From assembly GCA_951406725.2 (NCBI GenBank), contig OX597818.1, positions 105,772,001 to 105,836,000 on the forward strand: DNA of 64,000 bases, written 5' to 3'. The DNA is from Octopus vulgaris. Lineage: Eukaryota. The notes beneath the pieces are model-generated. The model did no database searches and was not told the origin of the DNA. It worked only from the letters and a program-made list of their open reading frames with translations. The first letter of the stretch is position 1. Each line of letters begins with the position of its first letter. Positions 37,524-48,724 of this stretch are shown in pieces. Made by a program: the position numbers and the translations under genes.

Positions 37524-39522
37524 TTAAGCAATCAAACATTTGCCTAGAGCCTCCCTACCTAAAAATAAGAGTCATTTACAAATGCAAATAACTTTATCAG
37601 TAAAGTCGTATTAAGTCTCCAAAATTAAGTTTATGTCAGGCATTTCTTAAAATGCTGATTTTTTTTCCTTCTTTCCCTCAGAATCTTATTTTTCCTTGTA
37701 AAATGAATTTTTGTTTTAAAAAGTTATTCTTTGCAATTGTCTTGCATTCATTTTTTTGTTTGTTTTTAAATGAACCAATTCCATGATCTCTCCCTGAAAA
37801 ATATAAAAAGAGTTGAAATAGGATGCATGTGAACTAAAAGCTGCATACTACAAAGCATTACAGACGTTTCACCAATACCAGTGCCTCTATAATATCTAAT
37901 ATCACAAAGCCATTAATTTGGGGAGGATTGTAGTTTATTAAATGGACATGTCATTGATTGGCACTTTATTTTATCCCGATTTGGAAAGTATGAAAGTCAA
38001 AAGTCGATCAGAGTGAACTCAGAATGTGTTCTTCTGACCCTGTTCCAATAATAATGATGAATAAGTATACAAGTATATACAATATTTTGGTAAATTTAAT
38101 CAACCTCACTAGTAGCTAACAAGTACTTATATTTATTAAGCGATCCTACTCCATGCTGTGAGATATTTCCTCGCTGCCTTTCCAGCTTTGTTGCTAAAAC
38201 GTCTCCCCTTCCTTTTTGTTTAGTGCGTGGTTGGGGCAGTCGAATCGCTTATTATAACAGTCTTGCAAACTAACGGGTATTTCAACACTACAACACACAA
38301 TGAGCTAGTATTAGTCTTTTTGAAAAAAGGTGTCATTGCCAAGTATTTTCTGTTAAGCGGAAAACATTTCATATCATTAAAAGTACTAAAAAAAAAGTTT
38401 AAAATTTCATTTACAGACAGTATTCTTTCAAAACTCCGTATTTATTTTGTAAAATGTCTTTCGAGACAATTTTTTATATTGATCTCGTTACATTTTATAC
38501 AAAGCTCTTTGCCCCCCTCTTGCCACGGACTTAGTATCCTCATAACTTTCTGAAAACAAATATTTTAAAAGTTATGTTGATGTAATGTTAAAAGAAACAT
38601 TTGTAAAAAGTTTCGGATCATTCCCCTTTCCTTCCGACTTTACTCTAAACGCGTTTTAAACTGCATATTTTAAAATGGAATTGTAGGTACAGACATATGT
38701 TTTCGAGAATGTGGGATAAGGATTATGTTGGGGGTAAAAAAAAATCAGGAAAAAAATACGGTTTGAGGAAAAGTCGTGGTGGGGAACAGCAAACTAGTTA
38801 CACCGATTCGCTTCACAAAATTGTTTGGATGCTTTCATGTTAAACAAAACAAATGAAAAAAAAAACAGAATAAGTAAATAATTTATTAATGCATAAAGAT
38901 TGAATTTATCATGAATAGTCTTGGAAAAGCTATTTGGAATGAGAATTTGAATATGAGTGATCTGTTTCCGTTGACTGCGAACATTCAGATGGATAGAGTG
39001 GTGTGATTGTTTTTGTTAGCGATATACGAGAGGTCAAATGGCTACAACTGGGAATCGAAACTGCATCGTAGGCTCGCTGGGCAGGAATTTATTTTGGTAT
39101 CCTACAGAATTTCATTTTATGATGTACTTTCTACTACCAGCATATCTCAAGTGACCTGTGACCTGCTTGCTTTACTACCAAAACAAACAAGCACACGCAT
39201 AAAAATTGTTTTTCGTGTTGCTGTATTGAATATTATTTTTCTATGCAAAAGATAATGAAAGGAACCCAATGGTTATATATATAATGTGTGTTTTAAATTT
39301 TAACAGGAGCCATTTTGCTTAATGATTGTTTTTCAAAGCATAGTTTTTGCATTTTTTGTGTGTGGAAGTTATGAAAAAATAAATTTAAATAAATGAAGGG
39401 AAGTGGAAAAAGTTTTATATGTATAATAATAATAATAATAAACTAGGAAAATATGTCTGAATTGTTAAAATGCATAATGTGTAATTTCCATGTGTGGATA
39501 GAGAGAAGGAGACTCACCATGT

Positions 39523-40038
39523 TTACGTATTTAAAGCCCCATTTTGCCGAGTTGACCGTCGCCCATACCTTCTACTACTAGTTTCTGATTGTGAATTAGA
39601 GTTAACATTGTTACGTTTCAGTGCCATTCTGGCTTCTGCCTGTTCGAATTTTCTGTTAGCTCTTGCCTGGGCCATGGCCCTGGCGTTTCTTACTCTCTCC
39701 TTCCTCCTATACTCGTCATTTTGTCGAAGGATAGCCATTGAGATAGCATTCTCTTCTCGCTCTTTCCGCCTGTACTCGTCGTCCATTCTGGCCTGAGCTC
39801 TCGATAGAGCATTTTTTGCCCGTTCTCTTGCCCTATACTCCTCGCTCAAGCGGTTTCGTCTTTGAGCAGCTGCATTTCGTTCTCTCTCTTTCGCCCGGTA
39901 CTCTGGATCTTCTCTCATCCTCCTCATATTTTCAGCCGCGCGCGCTCTTGATAGTTCTTTGTTTGCAGTCCTATGTCTAACCAACAGCTCGCTCGATCTA
40001 GGTTGATCTTTGCGTACTGTTGTTTTAATCCTCGGCAT
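39523..40038 (-). CDS. Hypothetical 171-aa Arg/Glu/Ala-rich helical-repeat protein with an H3-tail-like N-terminus
   Basis: ATG in AAAAACATG context; open for 171 codons and clearly GC-richer than its flanks. EYR motifs at residues 46, 67, 88 and 109 give a period of 21. Donor ATG|GTGAGT lies 5 nt after the stop (39518/39517), with a candidate acceptor TTTGTTTTGGTAG at 39175 and AATAAA at 38887-38882. Confidence 0.65.
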   Translation of the reverse strand: MPRIKTTVRKDQPRSSELLVRHRTANKELSRARAAENMRRMREDPEYRAKERERNAAAQRRNRLSEEYRARERAKNALSRAQARMDDEYRRKEREENAISMAILRQNDEYRRKERVRNARAMAQARANRKFEQAEARMALKRNNVNSNSQSETSSRRYGRRSTRQNGALNT

Positions 40039-40384
40039 GTTTTTGTTCCGTTTGCTGTGCGATCTTGCCTTTTAAATTCTGCCTGAATCCCCAGACAAGG
40101 GTCTGTTTAAAACAGCCAACACTTTGAAGTTTTTGTATATGAAATGCAGTTTAAAAAAAAATTTCGAGAACGTATTGAATTAGAAAACAGTAGCTCACTC
40201 CCTTGCTTGTTGGTCTGGCCTTCTCCTGTGATTGCCATGTAGTGTCGAATAAGAGAGAGAGAGAATGCGCAGACAGTTACGAAATTGCTTTCTCTCTGCG
40301 CATACCCTCTTGTCTCCCTACATCACACACTCTCATGTTAAGGCGGCGGTGTTGACGTAGAAGCCAGCACAATAAAACGTGCTA

Positions 40385-40830
40385 TCATTCGTCAACGGGG
40401 TAGTGTTCTAAACGGGCGTCATAAAATCGGCCTTTCTGCCCATCGCGTAGCCCTGGTTGAAGGGCATAGGCTGAGATAATGATTGCTAACCCATGATTTA
40501 GCACTAATCTAATCTTACGTATTCTGTCGCATACTCTGACTACCTCGATTACCTTAACACATTTCTCCGCAAGAAGTATACCCACGCCCTCGACCCCGTC
40601 AGTGTTCCCTGACCAGAAAATCTTGTACCTGTGTTCTTTGCCTGTGAGGAACCTCCTCTTCACCTTACTTTCTTGGAAGCAGCACAAATCGACACATCTC
40701 CGTTCAAGCATCTCGACAATCACACCAGACCTACCTTTCAGTGTGCCAGCTCTGAGGGTATGAGAGATGTGGGACCTTGGGATGAGGGACAGCAGTGTCA
40801 TGAACCTGAAAAGAAAGCTCGCATTTGGCA
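40385..40830 (-). mobile_element. RTE LINE 5' fragment (APE endonuclease N-terminus)
   Basis: GTLKGRSGVIVEMLERRCVDLCCFQE..YKIFWSGN..GVGILL..CDRI..IISAYALQPG..FYD. Confidence 0.88.
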
Positions 40831-41060
40831 GAATTCATAAACAAACAATAGCCTTCAACCTGCATACACTACACCATCATTTTTATGCACTATATGATCG
40901 ATAAACCCTAGGTAGGGGTAGGCATTAGCGTTAAGCCTTTAGAAGTGTTTGTGGGAAACAACCAAGGATGACAGAGGATAGAAACTTCCGGTACAGGTGG
41001 AGGGGTACCGCGAGCCAGCAAATTTAGACGAGAGCATCTTCTGGATTTGTATACTTTCGG

Positions 41061-41324
41061 GGTACTACTAGCGAACAGTGGTCCCGGTGCGCGCACACGC
41101 ACAGTCGCGCGTCCGCGCTATATGTTCGTAAGTAGTTGATCCTATAACGACTATCTAGAAAAGTAAATAAAACACAAAATAAATAATTCTTTTACACAAA
41201 GTAAATAATTTTTGTTAAAGTAAATAAAACACAAAGTAAATAATTTTTTAAAAAGTAAGGATCGACTACTTACGACTAGCCTGCGCGTGTGCGCGCACCG
41301 GGACCACTGTTCGCCAGTAGTACC
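41061..41324. mobile_element. Mutator (MULE)-type MITE, young
   Basis: ~40-bp GC-rich TIRs (ggtactactagcgaacagtggtcccggtgcgcgcacacgc), an inner IR (tcgtaagtagttgatcct) and an AT-rich tandem core. Perfect 9-bp TSD tactttcgg at 41052-41060 and 41325-41333. Confidence 0.85.
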
Positions 41325-41617
41325 TACTTTCGGGGGAGTTATTAAAAATCGAGTAGGGAAATCCGACTGCGTGCGCTAGTTTATGTAGGGTGGGGAAGGT
41401 GTATAAGGTATTTGAGGATATACCTTTCTTGGGTCATTGCTGCATTTTCTGCTGACTGTATAATCTTTGTTTCAGAAAATAATAATGGCAGACCTTCAGC
41501 TTACTCAAGAAATGAAGAGGCATGCTGTTATTGTACTTATAAAGGCTGTACTTATATAGGTAGCGGAAACTATCTATATATATATATATACACACACACA
41601 CATATGTATGCATATAC

Positions 41618-41648
<31 letters not shown>

Positions 41649-41659
41649 ATAATAATTGT

Positions 41660-42022
41660 GTACAGTGCTCAGGTGCACTACAACTCATATAAAGTGTATA
41701 TATAATCAGGTGTAGTTTCGGCGGATTTCGGAAAGCATGAGGGCCTTAAAGGATGCAGTGTCATGGCAGTCAACAACTGACGCAGGCAGTTTATTCCATG
41801 CTTCAGCAACTCTGAGCGTGAAAAAATGTTTCCGAAAGTCATGGGAGCTGTGTTGTTTTCTGACTTTGTAGGCATGTCCACGTGTGTTAGACACATGGAG
41901 ATCAAAAAGGTGTTCAGTGTTGTTGTTGGTGAGGTGGTTGATAACTTTGTGGGTGTTTACCAAGTCCGTCGCCAGACGCCGGAGCTTCAGTGAATCCATG
42001 CCCAGGGAAACAAGGCTTTCAT
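41660..42022 (-). mobile_element. CR1 LINE 3' end
   Basis: [54 protein letters not shown]. Confidence 0.88.
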
Positions 42023-42323
42023 GTATGTATATATATATACACATATATATATATACACACATGTATGTATATATATAAATATGTATATATGTATATATAT
42101 ACATATGTATATATATATATATACACACATATGTATGTATATACATACATGTGTATGTATTTGCATATATATATGTATATATACATATACGTATATATAC
42201 ACACATATATATACATATATACACATACATATGTACGTATATATATACATATATACACATACATATATATACGTATATATATATATATATATATATACAT
42301 ATACACACACACACATATATATA
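42023..42323. repeat. Compound (TA/CA/TG)n microsatellite; source of several spurious ORFs
   Basis: Direct inspection. Similar tracts occur at ~2660-2755, 6826-6970, 22972-23035, 33210-33400, 44920-45050 and many other positions. Confidence 0.95.
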
Positions 42324-42635
42324 TCATCATCATCATCGTTTAACGTCAGTTCTCCATGCTAGCATGGGTTGGACGATTCGACCGGGGATCTGGGAAGCCA
42401 GAAGGCTGCACCAGGCTCCAGTCTGATCTGGCAGTGTTTCTACAGCTGGATGCCCTTCCTAACGCCAACCACACTGTGAGTGTAGTGGGTGCTTTTTATG
42501 TGCCACCGGCACAGGTGCCAGGCGAGACTGGCAAGGGCCACAATTGGATTGGTGCATTTTATGTACCACCAGCACGGAAATCAGTCGAGGCGGTGCTGGC
42601 ATTGGCCACGTTCAGATGGGCCTTTTTACGTACAC

Positions 42636-42685
<50 letters not shown>

Positions 42686-43258
42686 GTCTGTACAAACATT
42701 CCTCATCTATTACTAATGAGTAATTTGCTTTTTATTCTTTGCATCAATCTCTTGTCAAAACTGCTGAAATCTTTCATGTTTTACTTAAATTACAAGGCTT
42801 TTGGTTTTATATATCAGTGTAATAAAAATTAAAGAAAATCAGTATTTTCATTTGGACATATGACCTTGTAAGATCAGCTGAAGTTACTGACTATTGAACC
42901 ACCTTTAGATTGATTTTCGTAATTTGTCATTCCCCCTGTGCTGGTGGCACGGGAAAAGTACCATCCGGACGTGGCCGATGCCAGTACCCCCTGACTGGCC
43001 CCTGTGCCTGTGACATGTAAAAAGCACTATCCAAACGTGAATGATGCCAGGCCCGCCTGATTGGCTTCTGTGTCGGTCGTACGTAAAAAGCACCCTCTAC
43101 ATTCACGGAGTGGTTGACGTTAGGAAGGGCATCCAGCTGTAGAAACACTGCCAGATCAGATTGGAGCCTTGTGCAGCTGCTGGCTCCCCAGAATTCAGTC
43201 AAACCGTCCAACCTATGTTAGCATGGAAATCGGACATTAAACGATGCTGATGATGATG
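42324..43258. mobile_element. Two RTE 3'-end copies in inverted orientation (42324-42630 minus; 42935-43258 plus)
   Basis: Both carry ggagtggttggcgttaggaagggcatccagctgtagaaacactgccagatcaga-type sequence and (GAT)n tails. Confidence 0.8.
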
Positions 43259-43259
43259 T

Positions 43260-44900
43260 ATATTCTGCTGTAGGCCCTGATAGATTCCCTACTAGTCTCC
43301 TGAAGAAATGTAGAGACCAACTTGCAGTCTCTCTGCCCAACCTCTGGAGAAATACTGTCGATTCAGGTTGCATACAATAAGAGCTCTTATCCCAATCTGT
43401 CATCCCAGTTTTCTAACAGGGAAACAGATCCCTCGCAGTCGGCTATCACTCAATCTCTCTCACCTCACATATTATTAAAATATTTGAAAGGATAGTAAGA
43501 TCAAGGATAGCTGGCATCATGCAGAGCCACAAAACCTAAATTGAAACCAGCATCACTTTCGCTGCAGCAGGGACTGTCTAACCCAGCTCTTACACCACAT
43601 CAATGATATTCTTAAAGCCTTGGGAACAGATTTGAAGTCAGATGTTGTATATCTTGACTTCTGTAAAACATTCAACAGAGTTGACCATAATATCCTAATG
43701 TCAAAATTATCAAATGTTGGAATCCGTGGAAAACTTCTACACTGGATTGAGTATTTCCTGAAAAACAACAGAACATGTGATCGGTGGAATCCACTCAATC
43801 CCAGCAAAAGTCACCTCTTTTCTTTATAATCTATATAAATGATTTTTCCAGCATTATAAAACACAGCAAAATGAAAATATCTGCTCCAGAAAATTATCAA
43901 TGAAGAAGAAGACCAAACTCAACTCCAGTTTGATCAACATGCTAAAACAGCCATACTCTCTTCCCAGAAATCATTCACCAAAATAATTAAGGGCTTGACT
44001 GATCGCTATTATTGGGACAGTCTTAAAGCATTGAAACTCTATTCTCTTCAGTGCCCCCATGAACGATACATCATTTGCTCAAACGACCCCAACATTAGCT
44101 TCAAAATCCATCCAAGGCTAGGACCTGTAAAGCTTTTTGCAAATACACACTCCTGCTACAATCATCTCCACTTCAAGTCTCAACTCTGTACGTGGTCACT
44201 TGATATGCTAGAAATAACAGCCAAATTTCTTCAAATCACATTACTGTCTTACAAAAATACGCGTTGGCTAACCTCGTCTGGGAACCCCACCACTTAGGAA
44301 AAAGTCTACAGTCTACGTCAGGGGTGGGCAACTTTTCGTCAACTGGGGCCCCGCATTGTGCCATTTCCAAGTGGGAGAGGGCCATATGATAAAACACATA
44401 TGCATGAAATATCATTTGCCCATTTTACACTGAATTTTTTGCAGTTCTTAATTTTATTTGTCTTACTAATGTAAATAAATTATAGTTTGAAATATTGATG
44501 TCAAAAAATAAAAGGAATATTCATTGATATTTTATTGAAGAACAAATTTCATTATCTGTATCAATGAGATATTTGCACATTCACATTCACATACGTTCCC
44601 TACCCAATTCAGGATCACAATACATAAATACACTGCAACTCAATTTCTTATCCTCAACAAGCCCTGCCCTATTTAACATTGTTCTGAAACAGATCAGTGA
44701 GGAAAAGGATCCCATTACCTTTAAACGGAATCTGGACAAATTTCTTCAAGGAATACCAGATAAGTTACCTATACCTGGATACAACTTAACAAGAACTCCC
44801 TACTTGAATCGACCATTGTGCCACAAAACTTGACTTAAAAAGCATTTAGATTATCCTATCAGGTGGTGCTATTAAGTTAGACATGGCCTGGATCAATCTT
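43260..44900 (+). mobile_element. Decayed CR1-group LINE RT region, split by an insertion at 44125-44588
   Basis: GPDRFPTSLLKKC, SLTSHIIKIFERIV, DVVYLDFCKTFNRVDH, YWDSLKALKLYSLQ, HPRLG|insert|RSLPNSGSQY..FKRNLDKFLQGIPD. Confidence 0.85.
44125..44588 (+). repeat. ~464-bp near-identical direct copy of 45520-45981
   Basis: The two sequences align end to end with only a few substitutions or indels; the copy contains only the left part of the hAT MITE. Confidence 0.92.
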
Positions 44901-44954
44901 TAGTCAAAACCTATCAAAGTTTGCATGCATGCGTGCATGCATACATACATACAT

Positions 44955-45043
<89 letters not shown>

Positions 45044-45713
45044 TACATACTGTGTTTATGAGATATGCATACATACACATTGGTTGTGCTCCAGCATAGT
45101 GCAGTAAATAACAAATCTTATTTCATAATTTTTTTCAGCTTCTTGAGAAAGGTTATTTACATGCAATATCTATCCAACTTCAATTGTACGGCTTCGATAT
45201 TTAAAATAGCATATTCTGTGTCAAACACTGTGTGTGTGTGTGTGATCGCCCCCACCCCCACCCATCATTCTCTTGTAATATTTCAGTTATGGAACGAGTT
45301 AAATATTTTTTGTTTCCATACTTACATCAGTTATGAAAATGAGTTATCTCCCCTCGTACGCCGGTTTATCTTCTCGGTTATTTGGGGTTCCTACAATCAA
45401 ATATTGTTTTTTTTATTATAATTTCATGCATTATAAGTATCGATCTCAGTACTTGACTAGTGCTTTATTATATGAACCCCCAAATAAATGAAAAGCAAAG
45501 TGGCATTTTTTTCCCGATGCTGTAAAGCTTTTTGCAAATACACACTCCTGCTACAATCATCTCCACTTCAAGTCTCAACTCTGTACGTGGTCACTTGATA
45601 TGCTAGAAATAACAGCCAAATTTCTTCAAATCACATTACTGTCTTACAAAAATACGCGTTGGCTAACCTCGTCTGGGATCCCCACCACTTAGGAAAAAGT
45701 CTACAGTCTACGT

Positions 45714-46090
45714 CAGGGGTGGGCAACTTTTCGTCAACTGGGGCCCCGCATTGTGCCATTTCCAAGTGGGAGAGGGCCATATGATAAAACACATGCATGA
45801 AATATTATTTGCCCATTTTACACTGAATTTTTTGCAGTTCTTAATTTTATTTGTCTTACTAATGTAAATAAATTATAGTTTGAAATATTGATGTCAAAAA
45901 AAAAAAGGAATATTCATTGATATTTTATTGAAGAACAAATTTCATTATCTGTATCAATGAGATATTTGCACATTCACATTCTTTACCATATTTTCAATAT
46001 TAGGTAACATTTGAGATGTCGCTACACTTAGGTTATGCTGCAAATTAGTAACCTAGAAACTCGTCGGGGGCCGCAGGTTGCCCATGCATG
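45714..46090. mobile_element. hAT (Charlie-like) MITE, complete
   Basis: CAGGGGTGGGCAAC ... GTTGCCCATGCATG ends; 8-bp TSD gtctacgt / gtctttgt (6 of 8 match). Confidence 0.75.
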
Positions 46091-46789
46091 GTCTTTGTCG
46101 TCAATCGACATGCTAGAAATAACAGCCGAATTCCCTCAAATTACACCTTACTGTGTTAGCTAGAAATCGCTTTGTTTTCATGGTCCTATGTTCAGTTAGA
46201 ATAGTAATGGCTTGAATGCCTTTGATCATAGCACTGCTAACTCAGAGATGACTTAGGTTTTATTAAATAATAATCTTCATATTGTGTGTGTGTGTTATGG
46301 TTGGTTGCTTGTGTGCTGTATCTCAAAGCAAAATTCTTGTTATGAATCAAAAGTTGAATGGGACAATCTAAGTTCATAACTCAAAGAAATTTACATCTTT
46401 GAATTCTTTAGAAAGACTCAGATTAGGAATTTATTTCTTTCCACTTTGTGTCTTTTAGGTGGCACATAAGGCTTCCATTCTCTTTGTCTGTCTATCTCAC
46501 TCACTCTCTCTCTCTCTCTCTTGCCATATTGCTCCATCTATGAGGTTTGAACCAAGTTTCCCTTTTTCCAAGTGAGGAACCACTGATTCCACAAGGTGTT
46601 GGTGATTCTTCTGACTGTTTGAAGTTTCTATAATCAGAAGTTCCTTTCTTTGTAGCTTTCTATTCAGCCTCAGGTGACTGGCTTAGTGCCTAACTTTCAT
46701 GGACTGAAATAGGGCCTTAGTTATCTTAGTTTCTCTTAGACCAGTGGTTCCACAAAGGTAGTGCTGGAGGTCTGTGAAATAAATTCAAA

Positions 46790-46820
<31 letters not shown>

Positions 46821-46829
46821 GCATACATA

Positions 46830-48670
46830 TATTGTTGATTTCTATGCCTCTATCTCTAAGGAACTGCTAGCTAAAGCCTTCACCTTTGCAAGCAAATTTA
46901 TAGAAATTAGTACACAAGATAAGGACATAATTTTCCATATTAGAAAGACTTTACTCTTCAGTGAGAACGCAGTGTGGGTCAAGACTACCGATACAATGGG
47001 TACTTTTGATGTGAGCATGGAGTCATATGATGGAGAAGGCATATGCGATCTCATTGGACTATTCCTACTCGATACATTGGGCAAGACTTTTCCTGGTGTA
47101 TATTTCGCCATTTACAAAGCTGATGCCCTAGCTTTAACCACAGATACCAATGGACCAGCACAAGATCGTTTTAGAAAGGACATTATCCAAATGATGAAAA
47201 TTTTGTCTCAGCATAACTACAGATACCAACCTGACGGTTGTCAATTTCCTAGTTGTTTCCTTAGATTTAAATAAAAGTATTTACAAACCTTACAGGAAGC
47301 CCAACGATAGACTTAGCTATATTAATATAGGTTCCTGCCATCCTCCCATAGTGTTTAAAAATTTAGTTAAAAACATTAGCAAGAGAATTTCTAGCCTCTC
47401 CACTAATAGGAACATTTTTAATAGTGTTGCCACAATATATAATAAAGCTCTAAAAGATTGTGGATTTAGCAAGGAAATAACCTATATACCTGTTACGAGT
47501 CCAGTAATAAAGAAAAGGAAACATAGGCATAGGAAAACTATCTGGTTCACACCCACTTACTCCCCCAACGTGACCTTTAATATAGTTAAATTTTTCTTAT
47601 CACTTATAGATAAGCATTTTCCAATCAATCATAATTACAGAAAGCTCTTCAATAGGCATAACCTAAAAATTAGTTTTAATTCAACTACTAATTTTAAAAA
47701 TATGATTGCACACAATACACAAAAACAACAATGAAACCAGCTGTTCATGCAGTGATAAAAATTTGTGCCTGCTAAATGGAGCTTGCATGACCAAAACCAT
47801 AATTTATGAAGCCACCGTAGACTCTACAACCACTAAGGACATAGTTTCGTCAAAGAAATATGTGGGTCTCACAGAGGGGAATTTCAAAGCCAGGATCAAC
47901 AATCACACCTTGAGCTTCAGACACTGGGAAAAAAGAAAAACAACCAAATTATCCAGTTATATATGGCTCTTAAAAGAAAAAGGTGTCAACTATAACATCC
48001 ATTGGAACATCTTAGCCAAGTGTAAGTCTTACACCAACGGCAGTGGAAAGTTTGGTTTTTGTGATATGGAAAGATGGCTCCTCTGGAATAGCAGCTTAGA
48101 CCTCACTACATGCCTAAATTCAAGAACTGAACTTTTTGGATTGTGCCCATATATGGCTAAATATTTGTTTAGTTTTTGGTCCTCCCAAGATCACAGATAG
48201 AACTTGCTTTTTAGATTTTTTCTGTACATTACTTTTCACCCTGCATATTTGTGCATGTGCGTGTATGGGTATATATGTGTGTGCGCGGGTATGTATATGT
48301 GTACATGTGTGTGGGTGTGAATGTATGTTTCACGTGAGTGTGAGTGAGCATATGCATATATGCATGTTAGTGTATGTGCGTGCATGTGTATGTATGAACA
48401 TGTGCGCATACGCAGATTCTATGAGCGTGTGTTTACCTTTGAGTATTTTTACTTTCTCACTATTCAGGTAATTTCCCTTTACGTAATGGTCATTCTCATA
48501 GCTCTTTTATTTGTCTTAATAACGGTCATATTCATAGTAATTCCCCTTTATTTAATGGTCATTTTCATAGCATTTTCATTTGTCTTAATAAGTGACAAGA
48601 TGCTGGAACAAACTTCCTCCCTGACATCTGAAACTCCAAGTTTTGTTATGGCAACCGACTAATTATCACA
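46830..48670 (+). mobile_element. Penelope-like retroelement (Naiad-type), 5'-truncated and frameshifted, with 3' UTR
   Basis: IVDFYASISKELL, FDVSMESYDGEGICDLIGLFLL, KRISSLS, IWFTPTYS, CSC....CLLNGAC, IIYEATV..YVGLTEGNFKARINNH and LNSRTELFGLC. A ~69-bp tandem pair at 48467-48590 and a degenerate hammerhead-like motif at 48592-48645. Confidence 0.9.
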
Positions 48671-48724
48671 TATTATATATATATATATACAAATATCTTA
48701 AATATCATCATCATCGTTTAATAT

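Noticed and set aside
39523-40038. Calling the 171-aa protein a histone H3/CENP-A variant or a protamine
   Set aside because: No histone fold and too many acidic residues for a protamine, so no gene symbol is assigned.
40103-40320. Upstream exon for the 171-aa gene (donor GTGAGC at 40198, acceptor at 40103)
   Set aside because: Plausible but unsupported. Its ATG at 40238 would be out of frame with the ORF, so it is not used to extend the CDS.
41460-41560. Exon-like stretch after tttgtttcag (MADLQLTQEMKRHAVIV)
   Set aside because: Looks more like a short Tc1/mariner N-terminal remnant; weak donor and too short to call.
41706-42426. Several 90-200-aa ORFs rich in Y/I/C/V/H/T
   Set aside because: Translations of dinucleotide microsatellites; only the CR1 3' part is real coding remnant. 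The same applies to ORFs near 2505, 6829, 33216, 34282 and 44914.
47700-48200. Possible selenocysteine (UGA) recoding, as known for some Naiad elements
   Set aside because: The conserved Cys positions I can read are not TGA in either copy. The TGA at 47732-47734 is explained by a frameshift, and no SECIS was recognised.
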